From Bacteroidales bacterium (GTDB lineage Bacteria > Bacteroidota > Bacteroidia > Bacteroidales > UBA7960): 64,000 nt of DNA. The stretch covers positions 9,627-73,626 of the forward strand of contig SLCY01000012.1 of NCBI GenBank assembly GCA_007125585.1, written 5' to 3'. Positions 1 to 7,847 of the stretch are shown here, in pieces; the stretch's first letter is position 1, and the number at the start of each line of letters is the position of its first letter. The notes under the pieces are model-generated. The model did no database searches. It worked only from the letters and a program-made list of their open reading frames with translations, and was not told the DNA's origin. A program made the position numbers and the translations under genes.

Positions 1-321
1 GGCCCAATAGGTAATGTCCTGATCAACTCCCCTGAATGCACCCCTGCCAATGAAAGAAATGGCATAATTGGCACCTGCGCGCCCCGCCCTATGACGGGTC
101 ATCAGAATATGGACATCCGCCGTCTCCTTGTCGCGCACATAGTTAACAATGGGGATTTGTTCGCGCACAAAATCCGTGTCAAGCCACCAATGGCCATCAA
201 GGAATACAGAAATACGCCCGTTGTTGTTCATGGGACCCGCTCCACCAGTAACTGGAATGGCTGACAGTGTCAAGCCACTTAAGAAAAACAGCAGATATAT
301 AAATATCCGGTAAAAAGGCAA
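1..321 (-). CDS. hypothetical exported protein, N-terminal part only (gene runs off the left edge)
   Basis: My own reverse translation of 321..1 is stop-free for 107 codons: (TTG)PFYRIFIYLLFFLSGLTLSAIPVTGGAGPMNNNGRISVFLDGHWWLDTDFVREQIPIVNYVRDKETADVHILMTRHRAGRAGANYAISFIGRG... The N-terminus looks like a signal peptide. Absent from the ORF track because there is no stop in the window. The TTG start is assumed. Confidence 0.4.
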   Translation of the reverse strand, partial: MPFYRIFIYLLFFLSGLTLSAIPVTGGAGPMNNNGRISVFLDGHWWLDTDFVREQIPIVNYVRDKETADVHILMTRHRAGRAGANYAISFIGRGAFRGVDQDITYWA

Positions 322-388
322 CCTGTGTTTGGATAATATATTCATTAAGCTGTGTTTATTGATTGACAATTATCGATTTTCAAGGTTG

Positions 389-396
389 CAAAAATA
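389..396 (-). promoter_or_regulatory. candidate Bacteroidetes -7 box TATTTTTG for the 1..321 gene
   Basis: Plus strand reads CAAAAATA, which is TAnnTTTG on the minus strand, 68 nt upstream of the assumed start. Confidence 0.3.
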
Positions 397-535
397 CGAA
401 AAAACAGGCAATTATTTAGTGGGGTACAAGGAAAGGGCACCAATGTTGTTGATGGTTGAGCCCAGGCCAATCCCAAAATGCAACCAGCCAATCACCAAAC
501 CGGCAAATCAGCCACCTCCCATATCCGGTTACTTT

Positions 536-692
536 TCATATATTTCTCCTGTAAAAAAACACCAGCATTTTGTAAAAAAACAATATACAAAATGCTGGTG
601 TACAGGAGGAACCGCTTCGCTTTCACATGATCTTTTTTCATTCGTCTGTGTGTAATTTCGAACGAAAAAAAATCATGTATATTTGTACAACC
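536..692 (+). repeat. intergenic composite repeat, copy 1 (hairpin 546-608 plus 55-nt core 633-688)
   Basis: Hand alignment to 43355-43500 and 48985-49235. Outer stem CTCCTGTA/TACAGGAG, inner 14-bp perfect stem CACCAGCATTTTGT/ACAAAATGCTGGTG, core TTTTTTCATTCGTCTGTGTGTAATTTCGAACGAAAAAAAATCATGTATATTTGTAC. Confidence 0.75.
678..685 (+). promoter_or_regulatory. TAnnTTTG -7 box (TATATTTG) at the 3' end of repeat copy 1
   Basis: Exact match to the Bacteroidetes sigma-A -7 consensus. It lies 234 nt upstream of the 919 start, so it would imply a long leader. Confidence 0.35.
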
Positions 693-845
693 GCTTGTTT
701 GTACATTAAGAGCTTTTTGATGGGAAACGGGTCGGTGCCATTTTTGGGCATACAATTGGATGACCATCGAATGATGATCGCCATGTGACCGAACCATAAA
801 CAACGATCATTATCTCGCATACAACGCCCATAACGAGGTTTTCTG

Positions 846-885
846 AACCCCTTAACCCCTTAACCCCTTAACCCCTTAACCCCTT
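846..885 (+). repeat. perfect tandem octamer (AACCCCTT)x5
   Basis: Read directly: five identical 8-bp units, followed by the degenerate AAACCT. The array ends 33 nt upstream of the ATG at 919. Confidence 0.95.
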
Positions 886-918
886 AAACCTATTTGACAT
901 TTTACAAAAAATAATCAT

Positions 919-2253
919 ATGAAAACACTGGCGTTTTTACTCACCGGAATACTGACCCTTGGATCCTGTGTTTTTGGGGAGAGCAAGGAGGAAGCAGGCA
1001 ACGATCTGGTTTCTTATATTCAATCAAGGGCAAACATCCTGGAAAATGCCGGAGACCTGGATGTGCTGATCTCGGATGCAGGGGAGCGGACGCTGGTGCT
1101 GATGGGTGAGGCGAGCCACGGGACACGCGAATATTATGCCTGGCGCGACACCATAAGCCGCCGTTTGATCGCCGAGCAGGGATATAACTTTATCGCGGTG
1201 GAAGGCGACTGGGCAAGTTTATACGAACTGAACCGGTATGTGAAAGACATGCCGGGTGCAGCGGGAAGTGCCCGTGAAGTATTGAAAGGTCTGGGAAGGT
1301 GGCCGTTATGGATGTGGGGCAATGAGGAGGTCGTGGCACTGGCAGAATGGCTGCGGACCTATAATGATCGGTTGCCTGACGGTGAAAAGGTTGGTTTTTA
1401 CGGAAAGGATGTATATGATGAATGGAACTCGCTGGATCAGGTGCTGGCTTTTTTGGCAGAACACGACGAAGAATTATATGATCGGGTAAAAAACCTGTAT
1501 GACTGCCTTAAACCTTATGGCAGGGACAGCTGGCAATATGCCCGGGATGTTGCTCGCGGGGCTGCTGATTGTGTTCTGCCGCTTGAGGCGGTGGTGGACC
1601 TGATACGGGATGAAGCGGACAGGTTTCGGCACCTGTATGCAAGTGATTATTTTTACCTGAAGCAAAATGCATTGGTGGTGAAACATGCCGAAAAGTTTTA
1701 CCGCAAATCCGTCACCCGACAGGATGCCAGTTCATGGAACAGCCGTGTCAATTATATGAATCTGACCGTCAACCGTCTGCTGGAATTTTATGGCCCTGAT
1801 GCAAAAGGCATTGTATGGGCCCACAACACACATATCGGGGATGCCCGTTTCACAGAAATGTCACAGCGCCGGCAGGAAAATATCGGGCAGCTTGCCAGGG
1901 TGGAACACGGCCCGGAGAATGTCTTCCTGATTGGCTTTGCGACATATGAAGGCACCGTAAAAGCCGGCGCGGCCTGGGGTGAAAGGATGGAGAGGATGCA
2001 GGTTCCTGCGGCACGCCCAAACAGCATTGAAGCACTGTTCAGGCAAACGAACCTGGAAAGCTTTTTCCTTCTGTTTGATGATACAGACCGTACGCACGAA
2101 GAATTCATGGAGGTACGTGGAAATCGTGCCATTGGTGTCGTATATAATCCCCGCCATGACCAGCACCAGTATGTGGCAACCATTGTGCCCCTGCGCTACG
2201 ACGCCGTTCTTTTCTTCAAAGAGACCGAGGCGCTGACCCCCATTGTCAGGTGA
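919..2253 (+). CDS. erythromycin esterase (Ere/PF05139-like) family protein, predicted lipoprotein
   Basis: 444 aa. The segment LVLMGEASHGTREYYAWRDTISRRLIAEQGYNFIAVEGDW and the later WAHNTHIGD are typical of the erythromycin esterase family. The N-terminus MKTLAFLLTGILTLGSC has a lipobox-like LGSC. Confidence 0.7.
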   Translation: MKTLAFLLTGILTLGSCVFGESKEEAGNDLVSYIQSRANILENAGDLDVLISDAGERTLVLMGEASHGTREYYAWRDTISRRLIAEQGYNFIAVEGDWASLYELNRYVKDMPGAAGSAREVLKGLGRWPLWMWGNEEVVALAEWLRTYNDRLPDGEKVGFYGKDVYDEWNSLDQVLAFLAEHDEELYDRVKNLYDCLKPYGRDSWQYARDVARGAADCVLPLEAVVDLIRDEADRFRHLYASDYFYLKQNALVVKHAEKFYRKSVTRQDASSWNSRVNYMNLTVNRLLEFYGPDAKGIVWAHNTHIGDARFTEMSQRRQENIGQLARVEHGPENVFLIGFATYEGTVKAGAAWGERMERMQVPAARPNSIEALFRQTNLESFFLLFDDTDRTHEEFMEVRGNRAIGVVYNPRHDQHQYVATIVPLRYDAVLFFKETEALTPIVR

Positions 2254-2273
2254 CCGATCCTCAATCCATCGCC

Positions 2274-3449
2274 CTACTTTTTCGCAGGACTTAGCGGGCG
2301 GGCAAACTGTTTCACGTCATCGCCGGTGATCTCCTTGTCGCACAAGATGGCCAGCCTTTCCACCACGTTGCGCAACTCGCGGATGTTGCCTGTCCAGTGA
2401 ATCTTCTTCAGTTCATCCAAGGCATCTTCAGTGAAACTCCTGGGGGGCATGTTTTGCTCCTGGAGCACCTCCCGGAGAAAGTGCCCGGCAAGAAGAGGGA
2501 TGTCCTCTTCTCTCTCATTGAGTGAGGGAACCTGGATAAGGATCACGCTGAGCCGGTGGTAAAGGTCTTCCCGGAAGCTCCCCTGTTCTATTTCTTTTTG
2601 GATGTTTTTGTTGGTGGCTGCCACAACACGGACATCAACGACGATCTCTTTTTCACCACCCACCCTTGTGATCTTGTTCTCCTGCAGTGTGCGCAACACC
2701 TTCGCCTGCGCCGCCAGGCTCATGTCGCCGATCTCGTCAAGGAAGATGGTGCCGCCGCTGGCCAACTCAAAATTGCCCTTTTTCTGCTTGATGGCACTGG
2801 TAAACGAACCCTTTTCATGACCAAAAAGCTCACTTTCAATGAGCTCAGACGGTATCGCAGCGCAGTTTACCTCGATGAAAGGCCCGTTGGCACGATTGCT
2901 CAGTTCATGTATCCACCTGGCAACGAGCTCCTTGCCTGTGCCATTTTCCCCCATGATAAATACCCTGGCATCGGTGGGTGCGACCCGCTCAATCATGGCT
3001 TTAATGTTCCGGATGGCTTCCGATTCTCCGACCATGTCATAGGTCTTGTTCACCTTCTGCTTAAGCACCCTGGTTTCTGTTACCAGCTGGGTTTTGTCCA
3101 TGGCATTGCGAATGGTGATCAGCAGCCGGTTAAGGTCCAATGGCTTGGAAATGAAATCAAAAGCACCTTTTTTGATGGCTTCTACCGCCGTGTCGATGGT
3201 GCCATGGCCGGATATCATCACAACGGTAGCGTCAGGATCTTTTTCACTGATCTTTTCAAGCAGTGTTATGCCATCCATCTTTGGCATCTTGATGTCGCAA
3301 AGGATGACATCAAAAGGGCCTTGCACCATTTTTTCCAGTGCCTCAAAGCCATCTTCGGCCAACACAACTTCGAATTTCTCGTACTCCAGAATATCCTTGA
3401 GGGTGTTCCGTATACTCTTTTCATCATCTACGACCAGGATCTTGGGCAT
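2274..3449 (-). CDS. sigma-54-dependent response regulator (receiver + AAA+ domain), no C-terminal HTH
   Basis: 391 aa. Receiver ILVVDDE...VILCDIKMPKMDG, Walker A GENGTGKE, GAFTGA-position loop GSFTSA, Walker B GGTIFLDEIGDM, RVVAATN, GNIRELRN. Only 32 aa follow GNIREL. Confidence 0.85.
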   Translation of the reverse strand: MPKILVVDDEKSIRNTLKDILEYEKFEVVLAEDGFEALEKMVQGPFDVILCDIKMPKMDGITLLEKISEKDPDATVVMISGHGTIDTAVEAIKKGAFDFISKPLDLNRLLITIRNAMDKTQLVTETRVLKQKVNKTYDMVGESEAIRNIKAMIERVAPTDARVFIMGENGTGKELVARWIHELSNRANGPFIEVNCAAIPSELIESELFGHEKGSFTSAIKQKKGNFELASGGTIFLDEIGDMSLAAQAKVLRTLQENKITRVGGEKEIVVDVRVVAATNKNIQKEIEQGSFREDLYHRLSVILIQVPSLNEREEDIPLLAGHFLREVLQEQNMPPRSFTEDALDELKKIHWTGNIRELRNVVERLAILCDKEITGDDVKQFARPLSPAKK

Positions 3450-3465
3450 GTGCTTGTTTTTTTAG

Positions 3466-3473
3466 CAAAGATA
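3466..3473 (-). promoter_or_regulatory. candidate -7 box TATCTTTG upstream of the response regulator gene
   Basis: Plus strand CAAAGATA, 17 nt upstream of the ATG at 3449. Confidence 0.35.
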
Positions 3474-3532
3474 TAAGAAATAAGGGCAAAGGCCCAATGG
3501 GTCGGTCAAACACTGTTTTTGCCGGATGTGAA

Positions 3533-4870
3533 TTACGAATGCCTGATCCATTTCCACAACTCCCCGTAACTGATTTTTTTCCCGTACATCAATATACCAA
3601 TGCGGTATATTCTGGCGGCCAGAAATGTCGTGGCGACAAATCCCAGGATCAGGAGCCCGGCAGACAATGCCAGCTCAATGTAAGGAACGCCAAACGGTAT
3701 TCTTACCATCATGATTACAGGAGATGTGAATGGTATGACCGACAGCCAGAAGGCTACCGGGCCCGAGGGGTTGCTGATCACCATCTGTGCCATGATAATT
3801 GAAAGGAGCAAAGGAACTGTAACGGGCAGCATGAACTGCTGGGTATCTGCTTCGTTATCGACAGCAGAGCCGATGGCGGCAAAAAGGGCAGCATACAGCA
3901 AGTATCCTCCCAAAAAGAAAAAGATAAAAGAGAGGATCATCACAGGGAAATTGATGGCCGATAACCCCTCCACAAGCTGACCGGCTACCGTATCATGCTG
4001 CTGGATGTATTCCATTTGCTTTTCCATCTCATCGGCACTGAGTGCCTGGGTGCTGGTGATGAAAACCTGGTCGTCGGGCGTGAAGCGGAACATCTCGGGC
4101 ATGGCAATCTGAAAGGCACCTACAATGGCAAAAGTAAGCGCAATCCATATGAGGAACTGGGTCAGGCCCACCAATCCCACGCCAATCACCTTGCCAATCA
4201 TCAACTGAAAGGGTCTTACCGACGACACGATGATCTCCACAATGCGACTGGTCTTCTCTTCCAATACGCCCCTGAGCACCTGCGAACCAAAGAGAAAAAT
4301 AAAGATATAGATCAGAAGGCCACTAAAAATTCCCAGTCCCATGCTTATTTCCGGATAGTCGGTGACCAACTCACCATCTTCCTTGATCCGCAATGCCTGA
4401 ATGTTGATGGGGGTATCGATGGAGCGAAGCACTTCTTCGTCAATACCGGCATGGCTCAGCTTGATGCTTTCAAACTCCAGTTTCAGGGTGTTTTCTATCA
4501 GTAGTTTCGCATTGAAGTTCACAGACCGCTCCGAAAACAGTCTCAGACTGGATGGTGCCTGAAAGGCAATTTCGGGAATGTGGAGCACGGCGTCGAAACG
4601 CCCGTCGTGCATCAGCTCCAGGGCATGGTCGATAGTGGTGCCCAAAGGGGTGAAAGAGATGTTCTCCGTACTTTTGAAGCTGTCATGGAAGAGGTCACTG
4701 TCATCCACAATGGCAACAGCATATTCGCTGTCAGAGAGCTGTGCAACCACCACTGGAACAATGATGATGGCTGCCATAAGAATGGGACCCAGGATGGTCA
4801 TTACCAGGAAAGACCGCTTCTTTACCCGGCTCAGAAACTCACGTTTGATGATGGTGGCTGTCTTGCTCAT
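3533..4870 (-). CDS. ABC-2 type transporter permease (NatB-like)
   Basis: 445 aa. One N-terminal TM, a large extracytoplasmic loop, then a C-terminal multi-TM bundle. Lies immediately downstream of an ABC ATPase. Confidence 0.7.
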   Translation of the reverse strand: MSKTATIIKREFLSRVKKRSFLVMTILGPILMAAIIIVPVVVAQLSDSEYAVAIVDDSDLFHDSFKSTENISFTPLGTTIDHALELMHDGRFDAVLHIPEIAFQAPSSLRLFSERSVNFNAKLLIENTLKLEFESIKLSHAGIDEEVLRSIDTPINIQALRIKEDGELVTDYPEISMGLGIFSGLLIYIFIFLFGSQVLRGVLEEKTSRIVEIIVSSVRPFQLMIGKVIGVGLVGLTQFLIWIALTFAIVGAFQIAMPEMFRFTPDDQVFITSTQALSADEMEKQMEYIQQHDTVAGQLVEGLSAINFPVMILSFIFFFLGGYLLYAALFAAIGSAVDNEADTQQFMLPVTVPLLLSIIMAQMVISNPSGPVAFWLSVIPFTSPVIMMVRIPFGVPYIELALSAGLLILGFVATTFLAARIYRIGILMYGKKISYGELWKWIRHS

Positions 4871-4982
4871 CTTTTTATATGCAGGCCGGTTTTGGTTAAA
4901 AGGTTTGTTGCTTCAATTTTTTTTACCGCATCGGACGATCAGCGTTGTCGATTATGGACCATCGTTGCGAACGACGGACAGA

Positions 4983-5948
4983 TCAAGTACCTGCCGAACC
5001 TTGCTTGTTGTTTTCCAACGTTTCAAGGGGAAATTTGCCCGTAACCTTTTTGATGAAAATATCGTTCATGCTTGGTGTTAACTCCTTGAATGAAAGGATA
5101 TTGGCCGCGGGCATCAATTCTTTCATCAGCTCATTGGTCGTGGCGTTCCCCTTTATCTTTACACGGACCGTTACAAAGCCATTCTGCGATTTTGTTCCAA
5201 TGATGCTGAAGTGTTCCCCGGCAAGGCGTTCCACAAGATCTTTGGTCGTTTCAAGTTCAACTTCGTATATCCGGCTTCTGAATTCTTTTTTAATTTCACC
5301 GACATCTCCTTCCAGAATTTTTTCTGAGTTGTTGATCAGTGCGATATGGTCGCATAGTTCTTCAACAGACCCCATGTTGTGTGTGGAAAAGATGATGGTG
5401 GCCCCTTCACGGCGAAGCTTAAGGATCTCTTCTTTCAGCAGGTTCACATTGATGGGGTCGAAGCCACTGAAGGGTTCATCGAAAATCAGGAGTTTGGGGC
5501 GATGGAGTATCGTGATGATGAACTGCACCTTTTGCTGCATGCCTTTTGAGAGCTCCTCCACTTTTTTCTTCCACCAGGGCATCAGGTCAAATTTTTCGAA
5601 CCATCCTTTCAGCAGTTTTCGTGCGTCCTCTCCTTTGAGTCCTTTCAGGCGTGCCAGGTAGAGCGCCTGTTCACCAACTTCCATTTTCTTGTAGAGGCCG
5701 CGTTCTTCAGGGAGGTATCCTATTTGACGCACATGTTTTGGTTTGAGCAACTCGTTGTTAATAAAGATCCTGCCTTGATCGGGTCCGATAATCTGGTTAA
5801 TAATGCGTATGAGGGTTGTCTTGCCGGCACCATTTGGCCCCAGAAGGCCAAAAATACTCTGTTCCGGGACCGCCATGCTCACCTGGTTCAATGCACGGTG
5901 GTTGGTATATACTTTGGTGATGCGCTCTGCGCGTAAGAGGAGGCTCAT
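4983..5948 (-). CDS. ABC transporter ATP-binding protein (NatA-like)
   Basis: 321 aa. Walker A GPNGAGKTT, signature LSKGMQQK, Walker B LLIFDEPFSGFD. Confidence 0.85.
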   Translation of the reverse strand: MSLLLRAERITKVYTNHRALNQVSMAVPEQSIFGLLGPNGAGKTTLIRIINQIIGPDQGRIFINNELLKPKHVRQIGYLPEERGLYKKMEVGEQALYLARLKGLKGEDARKLLKGWFEKFDLMPWWKKKVEELSKGMQQKVQFIITILHRPKLLIFDEPFSGFDPINVNLLKEEILKLRREGATIIFSTHNMGSVEELCDHIALINNSEKILEGDVGEIKKEFRSRIYEVELETTKDLVERLAGEHFSIIGTKSQNGFVTVRVKIKGNATTNELMKELMPAANILSFKELTPSMNDIFIKKVTGKFPLETLENNKQGSAGT

Positions 5949-5961
5949 TTGCTTACAGATC

Positions 5962-7119
5962 CTAGTTAAATACGTCTTTCATCCGTTCAAAAAAGCTTTT
6001 GTCGCCTTTTTTCGGGTTGGGTATAAAATTTTCCGACTGTCGAAGGTTTTTGAGTGCCTCTTTTTCTTCGACACTCAGTTTCTGTGGCGTCCAGATATTG
6101 ATGTTCACCAGCAAATCCCCACGGCCGTAGGCATTTACTGATGGCAATCCTTTTTCTTTAAGCCGCAGCACTTTGCCCGGCTGGGTACCCGGTTCAATCT
6201 TTATGCGTGCTTTCCCCTCCAGGGTGGGTACTTCTATGGCTGTTCCCAGGGCCGCTTGCGGAAAGCTGATGTGGTGGTCATAAAGGAGGTTCATCCCGTC
6301 GCGTATCAATGTGGGATGGGGTTCCACCTCCACCATCACAATAAGGTCGCCCGGTATGCCACCCCTGGGCGCCGCATTGCCTTTCCCGCTCAACGAGAGC
6401 TGCATCCCGCTTTCTACCCCTGCGGGGATGTTGAGACTTATTACCTCCTGGTTTTTAACGATGCCGTTGCCATAACAGGAAGAACATTTGTCTTCAATGG
6501 TCTGGCCCTCACCGCCACAACTTGGACAGGTGGAGGTGGTTTGCATCTGACCCAGGAAAGTGTTGGTAACCCTGGTAACCCTGCCTGCGCCCTTGCACGC
6601 AGAGCAAGTGCGAAAAGCACTTCCGCCTTTTGCACCCGTGCCTTTGCAGGATGAACAGGAAACGTATTTGTTGACCTTTATGCGCTTCTCGGCACCCTTC
6701 AGCACTTCCTCCAGTTTGAGCTTCACCTTGATACGCAGGTTCGAGCCTTTGTTGGCACGTCTGGCAGACTGCCTGCCGGTACTGCCAAACCCTCCAAATC
6801 CACTCCCGAAAGCACCGCCAAAGATGTCGCCAAACTGGCTGAATATATCTTCCATGGACATCCCGCCCCCAAAGCCGGTTCCGCCAAAGTTATTGCCTAC
6901 GCCGGCATGGCCAAACTGATCGTAACGGGATTTTTTCTCCGGGTCCCTGAGTACCTCATAGGCCTCGGCTGCCTCCTTGAACCTGGCTTCGGCCGAGTTG
7001 TCTCCGGGGTTTTTATCGGGATGGTACTTCAATGCCTTTTGCCGGTAGGCTTTCTTGATCTCCTCCGGCTTGGCATCGCGGGAAACACCCAGTATCTCGT
7101 AATAATCTTTTTTAGACAT
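5962..7119 (-). CDS. dnaJ: molecular chaperone DnaJ
   Basis: 385 aa. J domain KDYYEILGV...[11 protein letters not shown]-rich linker, four CxxCxGxG zinc-finger repeats. Confidence 0.96.
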   Translation of the reverse strand: MSKKDYYEILGVSRDAKPEEIKKAYRQKALKYHPDKNPGDNSAEARFKEAAEAYEVLRDPEKKSRYDQFGHAGVGNNFGGTGFGGGMSMEDIFSQFGDIFGGAFGSGFGGFGSTGRQSARRANKGSNLRIKVKLKLEEVLKGAEKRIKVNKYVSCSSCKGTGAKGGSAFRTCSACKGAGRVTRVTNTFLGQMQTTSTCPSCGGEGQTIEDKCSSCYGNGIVKNQEVISLNIPAGVESGMQLSLSGKGNAAPRGGIPGDLIVMVEVEPHPTLIRDGMNLLYDHHISFPQAALGTAIEVPTLEGKARIKIEPGTQPGKVLRLKEKGLPSVNAYGRGDLLVNINIWTPQKLSVEEKEALKNLRQSENFIPNPKKGDKSFFERMKDVFN

Positions 7120-7129
7120 GTCTGAACTC

Positions 7130-7756
7130 CTAATTGGCTACAACCACACGGGCGTGGCGTATCACTTTTCCATTGAGTAAATAACCTTTCTGTACCTCCT
7201 CCACCACTTTGCCTTTTTGTTCATCTTCCCCGGCCGGGACATGGTTGATGGCCTCATGATAATCGGTGTTGAAATCAGTACCCTCGCAGGGGATATCTTC
7301 CACACCTTTCTGTCGAAGAATGCTTTTGAACTTATTGTAAATTAATATGACGCCTTCCTCTTCGGCTTCTTTGTCCTGTTTCATGCGGGCAATACTGCTT
7401 GCCCTTTCCAGATCGTCAAGCACGGGCAGTAGGGCGGTGATGATCCCTTCGGCTGCAGTCTTGGACAATTCAATACGCTCTTTTGTGACGCGCTTACGGT
7501 AGTTGTCAAACTCAGAAAACAAACGCAGGAATTTATCATTGGCCTCATCCAGGCTTGCCTGTAACGAATCAATCTTTTCCTGGTATTCCGATATCCCGGC
7601 GGCAGGGTCTTGCCCGTCTGGTTTTTTCGTCTCTTTAACCGTGGCATTATCTGCCTCCCGGCCAGGCTGCCGGTTGCTTTCCCGTTTGTTTTGATCAGCC
7701 GGCTGCGCTTTTTGCCCCTTATGCGTGTCCCTGTCAGTTTTTTTATTTTTTTTCAT
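7130..7756 (-). CDS. grpE: nucleotide exchange factor GrpE
   Basis: 208 aa. Charged disordered N-terminus, then a GrpE core ([18 protein letters not shown]...VLDDLERA). Directly upstream of dnaJ. Confidence 0.9.
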   Translation of the reverse strand: MKKNKKTDRDTHKGQKAQPADQNKRESNRQPGREADNATVKETKKPDGQDPAAGISEYQEKIDSLQASLDEANDKFLRLFSEFDNYRKRVTKERIELSKTAAEGIITALLPVLDDLERASSIARMKQDKEAEEEGVILIYNKFKSILRQKGVEDIPCEGTDFNTDYHEAINHVPAGEDEQKGKVVEEVQKGYLLNGKVIRHARVVVAN

Positions 7757-7794
7757 TCCGGTGGTCCCAGTTTTGATTTACACACAAAGCTGCT

Positions 7795-7815
7795 CAAAGC
7801 TTATCAAAAGCTTTG
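7795..7815 (-). promoter_or_regulatory. perfect inverted repeat CAAAGCTT-N5-AAGCTTTG upstream of grpE
   Basis: Read directly. A third direct half-site CAAAGCT lies at 7785-7791. The repeat sits 39-59 nt upstream of the grpE ATG. Confidence 0.4.
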
Positions 7816-7847
7816 CCATAAAATGGAAAAAAGCCATTTTGTCAGCT

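Noticed and set aside
329-820. Track ORFs 329-655 (+), 492-803 (-) and 638-820 (-) in the first intergenic region.
   Set aside because: They overlap the repeat cassette, whose copies do not preserve any reading frame. The translations have no signal, TM or motif content, and there is no promoter box in a suitable position.
846-885. Possibility that the short tandem arrays (also 49034-49122) are a CRISPR array.
   Set aside because: The units are 7-8 bp and directly abutting with no spacers, and there are no cas genes. These are microsatellite-type repeats, not CRISPR.
2556-3476. 306-aa + strand ORF antisense to the sigma-54 regulator. Similar long antisense ORFs occur at 40010-40897 (-, opposite tig), 25385-26089 (-, opposite rpsE/rplR), 34735-35592 (-), 41252-41923 (-, opposite clpP), 31952-32584 (-, opposite the rplQ tail), 19133-19732 (-, opposite rplB) and 56943-57632 (+, opposite lpxA).
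   Set aside because: Each lies entirely inside a confidently identified conserved gene on the other strand. Their translations are low-complexity or lack any recognisable motif. This is the typical shadow-ORF behaviour of codon-biased genes.
7811-7826. Sigma-54 promoter near grpE (minus strand reads TGGCAA-agctt-TTGAT), and other TGGCAC occurrences such as 22808, 27908 and 47623.
   Set aside because: None has the conserved GC of the -12 element at the correct spacing (TGGCAC-N5-TTGC). The by-eye scan is incomplete, so absence is not proven.
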